64,000 nt of DNA from Epiperipatus broadwayi (GCA_028023455.1 JAQFVV010000009.1:10602001-10666000); one strand, 5' to 3'; positions 37,480 through 50,839 are shown, counted from the first letter of the stretch. The notes: generated from the sequence alone by a model not told the origin. Made by a program: numbers and translations.

Positions 37480-40412
37480 GTAACGATGTTTTTCGATGAA
37501 AATTTCATATTTATTACAATGAACACCAGTCAATAATATTTTTCATAAATTGTTGTGTTATATAAATTATTTGTTAGTATGTGCTATTCTTTGCTCATTA
37601 GTCTCAATCCAAATATGTATAACAAATCACTCTCAATCCTAAAACAAATAAAAAAAATATTTTGAGCTGAGAAGTACTATAAGTGTTATTTTAAAATAAA
37701 AGTCCAACTTTAAAAAGATAAGAGATGGTGTAGTTCATGCCCCATATTTATGAAAAAAAATATTTCTGGACGTTGAGTTCAATCCCATAAGGAATGATTG
37801 GTATATGGTAATCAGGAAGTATAACCTGGGTATCCATATAAAAAGTAAATGAATTAATTATCATCATCAATATAAATCCTTATTAAATTTAATTAGGAAA
37901 CTTAAATTTTTATTATATATTTTTACAATAATAAAGAAAATACTGTTGAAATGGATGGCTCATTGTGTTAAATAAAAGACATTTATTTATATGTGCAGAT
38001 TGATTCATATGCCTGTCTTCCATTGAATTATGAGAACAGGCACTATCTAGGTTCACAGTACAGTCTGATATGCTAAATTCTTTACCCAAAATCATCTAAA
38101 ATAACTTAAACTAAATCACAGTGCTTAATAATTATGTTGATAGTTTGTTATTGCTTCCTATCAAAATTTTATGAAAATAGGGAATTTGAAAAAGACTAAT
38201 TCAAAGATTTTTTGATCTATCACAAACAAACAAACAAAGAAAAAAATAAAATGAGTTTTATTGATAATTTAGATTTATAAAAGAACATACTTTTTTTTCC
38301 TCCCAAAAACAACTTTATTGGGACTATACATGTTACATGAGCTAAGTAAATCAAAGAGTCCAGGTAATCTTGTCACCCTATGCTGTCATTGTAGCACTAG
38401 ATGGCTGCATCATGGTGTAAGTGTGGGTGCTTTGAATTTCTTAAGGTAAGCATTCATCTTCTCGGGAAAGAGATGCTTGTCCAAGTGTCTCTGAAAAGCC
38501 ATTCAGGAGCCAACAATTTATCTCTTTGTTTTACCATGGCAAGTATCTCGAGGAAGGTCTGGTAGGCATTGAGATTCCCTTGCATGAAAATGAGCTTACA
38601 CCTGATAAGCCAGATAAAGAATAGACTTTTGAACTACGTTGTGTTAAAAATTGAATATCAATTATAAATATTTATTTATAAATGAAATACCTGCACAGTA
38701 TATAGAGAAAAGTTAGAGTAAGATTTTTTCAGCTTTAATTATGATAAAAGTGTTGTTTTTTAATCTATATTTTTAAAGAATAAATGTTATTAATTATTAT
38801 ATTAAGGAGTAATTTATACTATGTGATTTTTTGTTGTTATAATTTACAATTAAGAAATAGTATAATATCTAATTTTTTATTTTACAGTGAATTTTTCAAA
38901 GAGTGTTTTAGTGATTTATTTTATATATATTTAAAAAAATTTATTTAACTACAAAATCACTTTAAATATATAAATAAAGATATCTGAAAAGGTAAATGAC
39001 CATGTTGGATTTAAATGTTAATGAAAGCAGAACATTTTTCAAATTTAAATCGTTTATATGTGATCTCATTTTGTTTTAATTTTTTTTTTTTTTTATCAAT
39101 TTTATTGATTAAAATAATTTTTATAAGGATGAAAATAAAAGTCTTAGAAAGGACGAACAATTACAAAATGAAAGTTAAAAGAAATTACAGATTTGCTCTG
39201 GATTAGTCACCTCAAGGTTAGATAAATGTCAAACCTTGATAATGATTGCACAACAAGTTTTTTTTTAGTTTGATTCATTGAATTTGGAAACTTTGTTTTA
39301 TATTTTGTGAGTATTAATAAAAAAATATTTTTGATTAAAGTATTACTTTACAAAACCCATGCTTGCTTTTTTAAGGATCCAAATCACTAAATTTAGTTCA
39401 ACATTATGTCATGTTTGATGCATGAATAACAGATTGGTCCTCTCTTTTCTTGTCTTGTAAATGATTAGTAAGAATCACATAAGTCTACCTCTAAAAAGGA
39501 TATCATATGTGTGAATGCTAGAAATACTGGCACTTGTAGATGAAGTTTTTGTAATTTGATTTATCTTATATAATGCTATTTATAAATATAGGGTTACTTC
39601 AACATAATTAAACTTAATATTACAGTTTATCTATTCAAACAAACCATTTAAGTAAACATATATCTTTTTTTGTTTTGAATTATAAGCATTCTATATGTAA
39701 TTAATTCAATGTAGTCTCTTCTTTGGTTATAAAATTAAATCCACATTTTAGTTCTATTATTTCAAAGAAATTGTTGGCAAGAGACTACAATTTCAGAATT
39801 AAATTTCTAAATGTATTATTTATAGCTAATAAATTTACATTAAACTATATAAAAAATATGTATTTCACTGAAGAGCAAACTTTTGACTGGAACTTCTCCA
39901 GAGAGGAATATTATGAAAGTATTACTTATCAAGTTAGCAAAACACAAACATAAACACACACACACACATATATATATATATGATGAATTACATTTGAAAT
40001 ATAATTTAAAAAGATAGAATAATATACACCATATATATATAATTATAAGGGATTTGCACTATGATTTTTAAACCCCCTATGGCTATGCACTCCATTTTAA
40101 ACAACTGATAAACATAATCACATATATGTGAAAAGGGTAAATGACTCCAATATATGTATTTCATGCTGAATCAGAAATCATCAGTTGATCCAGATCACCA
40201 TCTTCCACACATATATACAATCAGTGCTCAGTTTATATTAAAATATCAAATCTTCAAACTTTAATGGACAATCTTCAATTTGCTCCACTCTCTAACTTTT
40301 CAGCCATCCATATCAGTGAAAATTCAATGATGGAATACAATATACTTATATTTTAATAGTTTTCAAGAAGTATAATAACTACTCTTTCTTATTTCATTGC
40401 CAAATATATACC

Positions 40413-40661
40413 TCCATGCACTTTAATACTGTTATATGATACTTTATTTACGCACCCACTTTTACAGTTTGCAGTTTTGATTGCCCCAGCAATCTTCTTC
40501 AGAACTTTTATATCTCCTAACTTCAATTGTTGAATTTAAATTTAACAGTTGAAATTAGGAGATATAAAAGTTTTGAAGAAGATTGCTGGAGCAATCAAAA
40601 CTGTAAACTGTAAAAGAGGATAGTAAATAAAGCATTGTGTAACAGTAGTAAAGTGCATGGA
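40413..40661. mobile_element. Head-to-head PLE-type palindrome with an HHR motif in each arm
   Basis: About 120-bp arms centred near 40537; motif (C/T)TGAAGAA-GATTGC-TGG(G/A)-GCAATC-AAAAC in both arms (6-bp stem II; GAAA reads AAAA). Confidence 0.85.
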
Positions 40662-40712
40662 TGATTTAATATTATATGGTATATTTGAATATTATGCATA
40701 TATATGTATCAA

Positions 40713-40890
40713 AAAATGGTAATTAACTATTATATGCAGTCTTTCAATCTGCAAAAGTACTTTCAGTTAATTTCTTGACAAGGATTAAGAAATTAACCAA
40801 AAGTACTTCTGCAGATAATAGTTAATTACTGTTATATTTATTATTTTTATTGTTATTACAATAGTTTTTAATTAATGGACATTTTATTTG
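40713..40890. repeat. Fold-back repeat family F9, copy A
   Basis: Hairpin TCTGCAAAAGTACTTTCAGTTAATTTCTT / AAGAAATTAACCAAAAGTACTTCTGCAGA (about 40749-40816); flanks homologous to 50840-51015. Confidence 0.7.
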
Positions 40891-42879
40891 TATATATGTA
40901 GCATTCACACTATATGTGAGTTGGATGCTATAATCAGAAAACTGATGGAGGTGGATATTAGAATGATCTTAAGATATGAGATTAACAGTGATTAATCAAT
41001 AAACAATATCTAATCAAGAATGCTTCATGTAGCTTTGTAGAATAAAATTTGATTCATTAAAACTTAATTTTTGTTTCCAATATAAACAATTTTTTTATTT
41101 TAACTCTTTTCCTTACAGTCTTCAAGCACCTAAATTATTACACAGTCCATCATTATGAGCATCTCATACTATCAATCATCTTTCTATATTAATTGTGATA
41201 ATGGGATTATGGGTTTGTACCATCAAATTTCTGTTCTTTGGTTTTAATTTTAACTATAATTCTTTTTTCTCTTTTAAGTATAAAATCAAGGTTAGAATGA
41301 TAAGAAATCAATGATAAGAGAAGGTTTAGTAGATTGGAATCCTTACTTTTGATCTTTTTATTACTGAGTCATGTTAGAATTGGGCTTTGAGGTAGAAGCT
41401 TCTGTTTAGCAAAGATTATATATTTTATGCAGCTTTATTTATGGATATTACTGTTTACCAAAAAAAGGAAGGAACTTAGAAAAGATAAAATTAACTGGTG
41501 TCTCACAATCTGGGCAGATTCACATTTTTGGTATATTGCTCATTAAAAGGATAGTAACAATTGTAATATTAGTAGCAGTGATAAAGTAAGAAGCAGTGAT
41601 AGTAATTATAAGTCTATTTTTTTCTAAATGTAGGTACATGAAACATGCTTATTTTATTGAAAGAAAACTATTCAAGTCTAGAATGAAAAAAGAAAGTTCG
41701 ATAGAGCAGACATATGACTAAAAGTTTTTTGGAAGGGCAGAACATCCAATGAAATAAACTATGGGATGTTGGATTTTCTGTTTTATTCTACTTTTGAAAT
41801 TCCTCACTGTATCAATGAAAAGTTAATATTATTAAAATTTGAGTGTGCACAATGATATCTGTCATTTTAATTTCTATGGTTCAACATTAGGTTGCTGGAA
41901 GCATTATTATATTAATATTACTAATAGTTTGAATTTTTATTTTTGGATATTTTAATATACAGTATACCTTGGCCAAAAGTTATTATACATAATGATATTA
42001 GTTTTGTAAACATAGTTGGTTTGCTGTTATTGAATTTTTGCCCAACACACAGATTGTTTATCATAAATACTTTGTTTAGGCAAAAAAAATTACTATAAAG
42101 AATTATCAATGCATTCTTGCTCAAAATAAGGACATAACAAACTATACTATAGTTAGAAATTAGAATGAAAAAATAGTTCAAATTATAAAAGAATTTACAA
42201 TTGCATATTATAAGATAGCATTTAAACATAATCATAAAAACTTGATGATTCTCTAGAATTACTTATTTTTCATTCTAAATTTCAATATCTATTAAATACT
42301 AAAACTATTAACTTGGACTTTTAAGATTGTCATATTGCCGAGGCATAAAATTTTCTTAAAATCTATGTTAGAAACAGAAGTTAATCTATTCTTATTATCA
42401 GTAAAGAATTCTGATGATAATAATCTGTTATTGGTGTTATGATTAAAAGGAAATATGCCCTTTTTTAAGCAGAATAATAAACTGAATGTGGAGCTTCATA
42501 ATCAGTAGTGTACAGAAAGATTTAAAATAGACATTTTCAGATTGTGATCAGGTTTTAGATCCTTTTTACACATTGAAAAATAATATATGGATATGAAAAA
42601 CAATATTATTATTCTATTAACTCCATCAATTCAATTTATGAATAATGATAAAGGAATTAAAATTATGAATTTTAATGATATATCTGTTCTATTCAGATTT
42701 GAATAAAATGTTCAACTTATTAAAATCAGCTCTTTGTAATCTTAAAATGAGAAAATTTTAGATCATGTTGAGACAACTGGAGAAGTTTTAAAATATCATG
42801 ATAATATATTATCATTAAAAATATTGGATTTTTTAAAAAAAATATATCAATTGTTGAAGTTGTGCTACCTGATCATAAG

Positions 42880-44150
42880 AATGTGTTTATTTTCAATTTT
42901 TAAAAATAAAGGGAATAGACAAAATTGCAGTAATTCCATTACAAAAAAAGTTATTTTTATGGATTTTACTGAATAATTGCTTCCAGTCATATATGAATGG
43001 CTTCTAGAGATTTAATATGATTTTAGAAAATCAGAAAATACTATAGTCATAGTTGTCACTGCCAAGCAAAAGATTATTTAATTGAACTGATCAAGACATT
43101 GGACTTTATTAATTGAATAAATCTGTAACCATTACAATTAGTTTGTTGACCACAAAAATTGTATTTCATAGCTTCTCTATGATGGGAACAGGGAAATGTT
43201 ATTGCTATAGAAGGAAAGTCTGAAGCATTTGAAATGCAATCTGGAGTTAAATAAAGTTATTCACTATCTTCAGCTTTGTTCTTGATTTCTATAATAGTGA
43301 TCTTTAGAACTATTTGTAGGTAGCTTCAGGAATCAGTAATTAGGATATGTTAGAGATTTGTAGAAAAAAGTCAAACTGATCAAAGGCAATTTTATTCGCT
43401 TGGCTTCTAAATTTAAAGTAGACTACTGCTATATTTTCCAATTCAAAATATACTTAATATTTTGAGTTCAACATATAAATTCTTTAGCAATTATTGTTTA
43501 AAAAACCCAAGTTCTTTATTAGCCAATAATGGAAAAAAGTATTCAGCAACTTTTAGTTTGGATGATTACTCTTTTGATAAATGTGAATCAACTTGAATGT
43601 CTTGATAGCTTTTTAAATAAAAAGTGGACTTACATAGTGAAGTGTACAGACTTCAATATGCTGCTGTTTTGTATAAGTTAAAATATGGGATTTCATCACA
43701 GTAATATATCTATTGTAACTACATAGTTATACATAGGATTTTTGTTAATTTTAATTTATTGTATGGAAGTGGGACTTGGATATCTTATTAACACATCTTT
43801 ATGTCATTAGAATATATTATTTAAGAATGTTAATAAAATTCTAAAAATATGATAACAAGATCTTAAGTTCATTCAATATGGGTGTTAAACTTGGAGAGTT
43901 TGTTACTATTGGAATATTCATTCCAAATAAATAAACAATACAAGACTTGCTAAAAATATTTTAAAATGGACTTGATCATCATTTTCATTGGATAGGCAGA
44001 TCTATTTATAAAGATATTGATCACTATCATTGAGAAAATATGGCAAGTATAAAGTAAAATGAAACTTCAATTAGATAAAGTATTGAAGTCTTTCAGAAGA
44101 AAAAGATTGCTGAAGAAAATATTATGGGAAAACATTCATTAAATATCAAA
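42880..44150 (+). pseudogene. Ancient RTE-like LINE RT remnant
   Basis: Broken motifs KGNRQNCSN (about 42888) and SEAFEMQSGVK*SYSLSSALF (about 43219) resemble KG.R..C.NYR and F.V.SGVKQG..LSP.LF. Confidence 0.45.
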
Positions 44151-46740
44151 TGAACAGAATAACGAATCAACATTTTTTTATATTTGTCCATATATATAGT
44201 TTATTGAGTGGTAGTATAATCATAAAAAAGTCTTATCACTAATGTTATTATTATTGTTATTGTTGTTGATGTTGTATTTCTGCCCATTTTTTTAAAAAAA
44301 ACATTGAATGGTTATATTTGTTTGGAGTAGTTGTTGCGAATATTAATAGAATGTAATCGAGGAAATATACTTAAAATATGATGAGTTGAATATAATAATA
44401 ATTTATGTCCAAATTAAGCTACTCTCTTTAATAGAATCCATTGTTTTATGTAATTATAAAAGTGTGTGTAGATATCTCTATAACAATAGCAAAGTTATTT
44501 AGAAAAATGGAATATTTATTTTAGGATATATTTTTTCCATAAAGAACTTCCATTTATCCTAGTCAAGCTCAGAAAAAATACATGGGTTTAAATCACAGTG
44601 ACAAAATTAATAATTAAAAAAAATAAGACACTAAATTTAATAAAATAGTACGTTAACAAATGAAATCATAATATAAGTATAAGAGTTTACTATTTACAAG
44701 ATAAATATGAAATTATATTAAAGAATTAATTCAAATTCTTAGCATATTCTATAAATGATTACCTTTTAAATATTATAATCAATAATTAACTAAATATCTA
44801 GAAAATTCAATTACTTTTTAATATCAAGTTGGTTTCTGAAACAATACTGTATTATTATAGTATATATTATGAATTATATATATTATATTTGGATAGATTA
44901 ATTGGATTCTATTTAAATAATTTGAAACATAGAAATGAATATTTATGAATGATTTAAATATTTGAAATAGCTACATTTAAATAGATCATAGTTTATTAAA
45001 ATATGGGTACTTATGAGTATTCAAGTAAACCAAGATGTCAGCGCATATTTTTGATAAATCTACAGTTTCAGGGGTCCCCAAAAAAGATTTACAAAAAAAT
45101 TGCTAGCTATGAAATGTTTTATTTAATAATTGCATTTTATTTTTTATTATTATTATTTTAAAAAAATGAATTGTGGAAAATTTATTTTGAATTAACTTAT
45201 CAACAGAAAAATGAAAAAAAAATTAATACAATATTTACACTTTATTCATGTTGGCAGCATGTAATCATATCATGACCATTAGTGCACACTTTTCAGGAGG
45301 GCAGGATCCTATATCTTTGAAATAGTCCACTGCATCATATTCTGTAACATGAAGATTTCAAATTTTTATCATTATGACCATTTACCAAAAACACCACTGA
45401 CAAAAAGAAATATGTCGAATTGAACCAAAGTACAACAATATTAAAAGTGTTTCATCACTTCCTACATTATAATATAATTTTTAAAAGAAATTGAAATAAA
45501 GCTTTTTAATAAAATTTATCAGAATTTATTTTCTTTTCTTAAATTTAACAATTGATTTACTAATTTTGATTTAATTTAACAACTAACATATCTTCCATAG
45601 ATTAAAGGCCCTCAAAACTATACATTTATCAAAAATATAGGGTGCCATCTAGGTTTACTTGAAAACTCACAAGCACCAAATATAGTACCAACAGAATTTC
45701 AGTTAGCACTACAAAAGTTTTTTTTTTTTTTTTTTACAAACCTTGCTTCCATAAGTAATAATATTTTTGTAGATAATTTTAGTATTGATTTCCCAAAAGA
45801 AGTATTAAATAATTTACAAGATCTCATTAATTATATAGGATTAAAATTTTCAAGATCAGTTTTAATATATTCACTTTTAGCTTGATATTTTTTCTTAAAT
45901 CTCTTTGCATAGATTTGGTAAAGACAGTTTATTATATCTAAGTGTTAATTGCACATACTGATGTACAGGGTGATTTGAGAACTTTGAAAGCAAGCAAGAG
46001 TAGTTGATTTAAATGTGATTTTCTTTCTACCCTTTTATCTTGCAAGAGTTTTGGCCAAGAATTATTCTGATTTGCCACACGATTCTGCTTTTATCTCTCA
46101 CTACAATTGTTAAACTTTTGCAATTCTATATGATTATCTATTATGCTAACTAATTAACTTTCTGTCACAGTTTATATAGATTTTTGCTTGTTTATTAATT
46201 TTTGTTTAATAATATTTTTAGATTTGTTTTTAAAATATGTTTTTCAATATTTCCTCTTAATATGAAGCAGTATTAGTATTATCTTTTCTTTATTACATTT
46301 TAGTAATGAAGTTATCATAGTTTTTTTTTTTTATATATACAAATAATGTTTTGCTTTTTTATATTTTTATAAGGATTTACTCCTGTTTATTATAAAACAT
46401 TTTAATTTTTTAATTAGTTTGATTCAAAATAGAAAAACAAATATCTTTTTTTTTTTCATATATATAAAATTTTACTTATAGTGTAAAATATAAAATACAA
46501 ATTTTAATTCAGAAATATAGAATTTATTTAACGAAAAAAACTTATTTAAAAAAAGTTTGTAGTAGTACAACTTATATATTATGATGATGGTTTTCATAGT
46601 TATATAATAAAAATATAACTTTTTTTGAGTCATACCATGTATTATTTTTCTGCATAAAGAAATTATTTCATCCAGAATCCTCTTTAAAATTCGTAATATC
46701 TCCAAAATAGTCTTCATACACCAGAACAGAAAATCCTTTC

Positions 46741-46864
46741 ACTGAATTAGATTGCCAATATTTTGATGAAGATTGTTATTACTTTAAACTCAGATCTTCA
46801 TTGCAACCTTAGCTTTGATAAAGATGAATGTGATTTTATTGAAACATTGGCAATCTACTTCATT
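46741..46864. mobile_element. Small decayed fold-back with HHR-like ends
   Basis: Inverted TAGATTGCCAAT arms (46748 / 46857); TTGAAACATTGG looks like CpG-decayed TCGAAACGTTGG. Confidence 0.35.
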
Positions 46865-47507
46865 GAAGAAATTTCCTGGTTTGATGAATGAAAACCTTTT
46901 TGGAGGTATTTGAAACTTTAAATGGGATTTTTTGTGTGCTGGAAATTAATACATGATATGACCCAAAAATGTTTTAATATATATATATATATATATCAAT
47001 CTAGCCTGAGACTGATATGTTGTATATGGATACCCTAATGATTTTTAGTTTATTATTTTAGAATAAATAGTATGCAATAGATTTTATGTTGTAATAGTTT
47101 ATATTATATCAGAGGAAATATGATAGATTACCAGCAATAACATATATATATATAAAACAAAATAAATGTCCGCTAATATCAATAATACAATAACAAAACT
47201 TAAATATATTCCAAACAACGGTAAACAATTTATAATACAATATAAAAAAAAACCAAAAAAAAAACATAAAGAAAAATTTTTGATTATTTTCTTAATAATT
47301 TTCACCTCAACTTCCATTTTGAAAGTTGATTTGAAAATAATTATGAATATAATCGAAAAATTTTTTTTATGATTTGAAAGGAGGAAAAAAAAATAAAAAA
47401 AAAAAAAAATTGTTTGAAAGTTGAGTTGAAAATGATTATGAATATAATCGAAAATATTTCTTTATGAGTTTTTATTGAGTTTTTATTTATTATTATTATT
47501 ATTATTA

Positions 47508-49088
47508 TCAACCATTATCAATCCACTGCAGGATGAAGGTCTCTCCAAGTTTAATCCATCTTCTCCGATCTTTAACTTCTCTTCTCCACATCACCCCTAC
47601 ACATTTTCTTATTTCATCCATCCATCTTACATGTTGTCTCCTTCTGGGTCTTTTACAATCTCTTGGAATCCAGTTTAAAATTTCAATTGTCCATCTATTA
47701 TCATCTTTTCTAGCAATATGTCCAGCCCAACTCCACTTCAATCTTTTAATTTTTTCAATGAGGTCAGTAACACCTGTTTGTTCTCTTACCCATACATTGC
47801 GTTTTCGATCTCTTCTTGTTACTCCCAACATACATCTCTCCATACTTCTTTGAGTGGTCTGAAGTCTCTGTATTGATCTTCTATTAAGTGTCCAAGTCTC
47901 AGATCCATAAGTAAGAACTGGTAAAACACATTTGTTAAAAACCTTTCTTTTCAAACACATAGGCATATTTCCTTTTAATATCAAGTTATTTCTACCAAAA
48001 GCACTCCAACCAAGTTTAATTCTATGATTAATTTCCTCTATTATGTTTCCATCTGTATTAATAATCTGACCAAGGTATTTGTCACTCTTAACTTCTTCTA
48101 ATTCATCATAATCAATCTTTATTTTCATATTTTGAGCAAATCGATTAAACATTACTTTAGTCTTTTTAACATTTATCTTTAGTCCTACTTTCCTACTTTC
48201 ATCTGATAATTCCTGCAATATTTCCTGCAGCTCGGAAGCATTATTTGCAAAAACAACTACATCATCTGCGAAATCTAAATGACTTAAATAATCTCCATTT
48301 ACTTTCACTCCTTTAGTTTCCCATTTTAATCCACAAAATACTTCTTGCAGCACTGCTGTAAAAAGTTTTGGAGATATGGAGTCACCTTGTCTTACATCTT
48401 TCTCAATGTTAACTTTCCCAGTATCATTATGTAATCTAATTGTTGCTGTTGCATTTTTATAAATATTCTTTAAAATATGACAATATCCTGGATCTATACC
48501 TTGATGATCCAATGCTTTAATCACTGAAGAAATGTTTATAGAATCAAATGCCTTTTCATAATCTACAAATCCAAAACATAATGACAACTCATATTCATTT
48601 GTCCTTTCTATAACTTCTCTCAATACTTGAATATGATCTACTGTACTAAAACCACTTTTAAATCCAGCTTGTTCTCTTGGTTGGTGAAAATCCAAGGTTC
48701 TCTGAAGACGAGTTGTAATTATCTTGGTAAAAATTTTATATAAAACTGATAAAAGGCTGATAGGTCTGTAATTTCTAATATCTTCTTTATCAACTTTTTT
48801 AAATATTAATATTATTACTGCATTCTTCCAATCATCCAGTACATCTTTATCATTTAGACATTTGGTATATAACTTTGCTAATATTTTTTCTGTTTCTTCA
48901 CCTGCTTCTTTTAATATATCAATTATAATTCCATCATTACCTGGAGCCTTTCCTTTTTTCATACATTTAATTGCATTTCTCACTTCTTCATTTAAAATTC
49001 TGGGCAATTCGGAAGATGTAATAGATATAGGAGGTACTTGTTCTTTATTACTATATAATTCTTGATAAAAATCTTCTACCAATTTCAT
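47508..49088 (-). CDS. RTE ORF, C-terminal part: reverse transcriptase
   Basis: 526-aa open frame: KAPGNDG, NYRPISLL, DYEKAFD, RQGDSISPKLF, FADD, YLGQ, LTYGSETW, WAGHIAR; joined to the APE part by a single-base frameshift near 49100. Confidence 0.95.
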   Translation of the reverse strand: MKLVEDFYQELYSNKEQVPPISITSSELPRILNEEVRNAIKCMKKGKAPGNDGIIIDILKEAGEETEKILAKLYTKCLNDKDVLDDWKNAVIILIFKKVDKEDIRNYRPISLLSVLYKIFTKIITTRLQRTLDFHQPREQAGFKSGFSTVDHIQVLREVIERTNEYELSLCFGFVDYEKAFDSINISSVIKALDHQGIDPGYCHILKNIYKNATATIRLHNDTGKVNIEKDVRQGDSISPKLFTAVLQEVFCGLKWETKGVKVNGDYLSHLDFADDVVVFANNASELQEILQELSDESRKVGLKINVKKTKVMFNRFAQNMKIKIDYDELEEVKSDKYLGQIINTDGNIIEEINHRIKLGWSAFGRNNLILKGNMPMCLKRKVFNKCVLPVLTYGSETWTLNRRSIQRLQTTQRSMERCMLGVTRRDRKRNVWVREQTGVTDLIEKIKRLKWSWAGHIARKDDNRWTIEILNWIPRDCKRPRRRQHVRWMDEIRKCVGVMWRREVKDRRRWIKLGETFILQWIDNG

Positions 49089-50494
49089 AATGTCATCCCT
49101 CTTTTAGTAATAATTCCATCTTTTTTCCTTATTGCAGATATAAATTTCCTACCAATACCAAAATGTTGTTTTACATTCTTAAGACTTTTATTTTCTTCTA
49201 CAGCTTTTCTTGCTAGTTCACAGTTATACTTTCTTATATCATTTTCAACTCTTTTCCGCACCATTTTACAAAATTCGAGATATTCAATTCTTTTTAATGC
49301 ATCATTCTTGCATATCTTCATATTCCTTCTTTTCTTCATAAGTTCTCTAGTCTCAGTAGAAATTTTATTAGTCAATTGCTGCTTTTTTCTACCAGCTATC
49401 TTTGTTGCAGTTTTTAAAAGTGTATCAGTTATTTTCATATTAATTTCATTCAAATCTGAATCATGTTCAAAATCTACTAATACTTGAAACCGATTTGTAA
49501 GTTCTAATTTAAATTCATTAGAATGTTTCTGAAGATTAGGAATATCAACTGTAAATATAGTTTTTCTTAATAATTTTTGTCTCTCTAGTTTTACATTAAC
49601 ATGTATCTTACCCCTTACTAATCGATGATCACTTCCTGTGTTAAATTTATTAAGAACATTACAATCTTGAAATATGTATTTCCTGTTAATCAAAATATAA
49701 TCCAATTCTGCTGTACCTTCATTTGGATGCTTCCATGTCCATTTCCTTCTAACATTTTTTTCAAAAAAAGAATTCATAATATAAAGTTTTTCCTTCTCTG
49801 CAAACTCCACAAGTCTATGTCCTCTCTCATTTCTATTACCATAACCAAAATTACCTACAACACTTTCATCTTTCATTTGTTTACCAATTCTAGCATTAAA
49901 ATCTCCCATAACAATTTTAAAATGTTGTTTACTCTGATCAAAAGCCTTTTGTACATCCATATAAAAATCTTCTACTACTTCATCACTGTGAGAACTTGTT
50001 GGGGCATAAACCTGAATTATCTGCATTTGATATCTGCTATTAAGTTGTATAACTAATCTTGCCACTCTGTCTGATACACCATCAATCTCCACAATATTGT
50101 TCTTCCACTTTTTATTTATAATGAATCCTACTCCACTTGTATTTCCAATATTTGTGCCTTTATAATAGAGCATATGTCCACTTTTTAAATCAATTGTCTC
50201 TTCACCTTTTCTTCTAACTTCACAAAGTCCAATAATATCCCATTTAATATAAGAGAGGTCTTCTTCTAATTCTTGCAATCTTCCTTCACTTGAAAGTGAT
50301 CTGCAGTTGTAAGTACCTAAATAAAAAGTCGTCATCAAATGGCAGCCTGGGTCCGCCTCCAGGATATTCTTAGCACCCTCCGCCTTCGGCCACCAACCGC
50401 TGCCTTGGTTGGTGACTTTACAGCCTCCTGGGATTAAGGGCCATGCTTTATTTTTGTCTGTCATAATTGTATAATTGGGAAAAATCTTTATCAT
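49085..50494 (-). CDS. RTE ORF, N-terminal part: APE endonuclease
   Basis: 469-aa open frame: GTYNCRSL, WDIIGLCEVRR, IQVYAPT, MGDFNARIG, ELDYIL, SDHRLV. Confidence 0.92.
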   Translation of the reverse strand: MIKIFPNYTIMTDKNKAWPLIPGGCKVTNQGSGWWPKAEGAKNILEADPGCHLMTTFYLGTYNCRSLSSEGRLQELEEDLSYIKWDIIGLCEVRRKGEETIDLKSGHMLYYKGTNIGNTSGVGFIINKKWKNNIVEIDGVSDRVARLVIQLNSRYQMQIIQVYAPTSSHSDEVVEDFYMDVQKAFDQSKQHFKIVMGDFNARIGKQMKDESVVGNFGYGNRNERGHRLVEFAEKEKLYIMNSFFEKNVRRKWTWKHPNEGTAELDYILINRKYIFQDCNVLNKFNTGSDHRLVRGKIHVNVKLERQKLLRKTIFTVDIPNLQKHSNEFKLELTNRFQVLVDFEHDSDLNEINMKITDTLLKTATKIAGRKKQQLTNKISTETRELMKKRRNMKICKNDALKRIEYLEFCKMVRKRVENDIRKYNCELARKAVEENKSLKNVKQHFGIGRKFISAIRKKDGIITKRGMTL

Positions 50495-50839
50495 TTACAC
50501 AAACATTCATTCTGCCTTATCAGGCACTGAGAAGAAAGACCATGGTGTTTCTTGATCTTAAACTCAGAGGTAAAAAGCCAATACACTCACCACGCTGGCT
50601 AATGCGTGTTGGTGAGCAGCCCATCCATGTTCGTATACTATATGAATAAACATATAGTAATAACAGCTGCAACGACAAGAACGTATGGAGTGGACATTAG
50701 GAATTTGCCCTGCTCGGTTCCTTTAAGGCCTCCAAGAGGAATCAAAGGGTCTCCTTTCAGTTAATAGCAAATTGTTTACCGTTGTTTGGAATATATTTAA
50801 GTTTTGTTATATATATATTGAAATAAAATGTTTGTTATG

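Larger units (their letters stand above)
47484..50773 (-). mobile_element. Near-full-length RTE-clade LINE
   Basis: 5' UTR to about 50773 (boundary shared with the decayed copies), APE plus RT coding region, (TAA)n tail immediately after the stop codon. Confidence 0.97.
47154..50810. mobile_element. PLE-type fold-back element with TTGAAAA-core HHR-like units, split by the RTE
   Basis: Perfect 42-bp inverted repeat 47190-47231 / 50769-50810; palindrome centre near 47316; motif TTGAAAAT-GATTAT-GAAT-ATAATC-GAAA at 47426-47453, repeated at 47331-47358 and inverted in 47275-47310; extra ~35-nt tail on the left arm. Confidence 0.8.

Noticed and set aside
47475-50056. Plus-strand ORFs overlapping the RTE (47475, 47533, 48862, 49062, 49625)
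   Set aside because: Antisense shadows of the RTE coding sequence with no recognisable domains.
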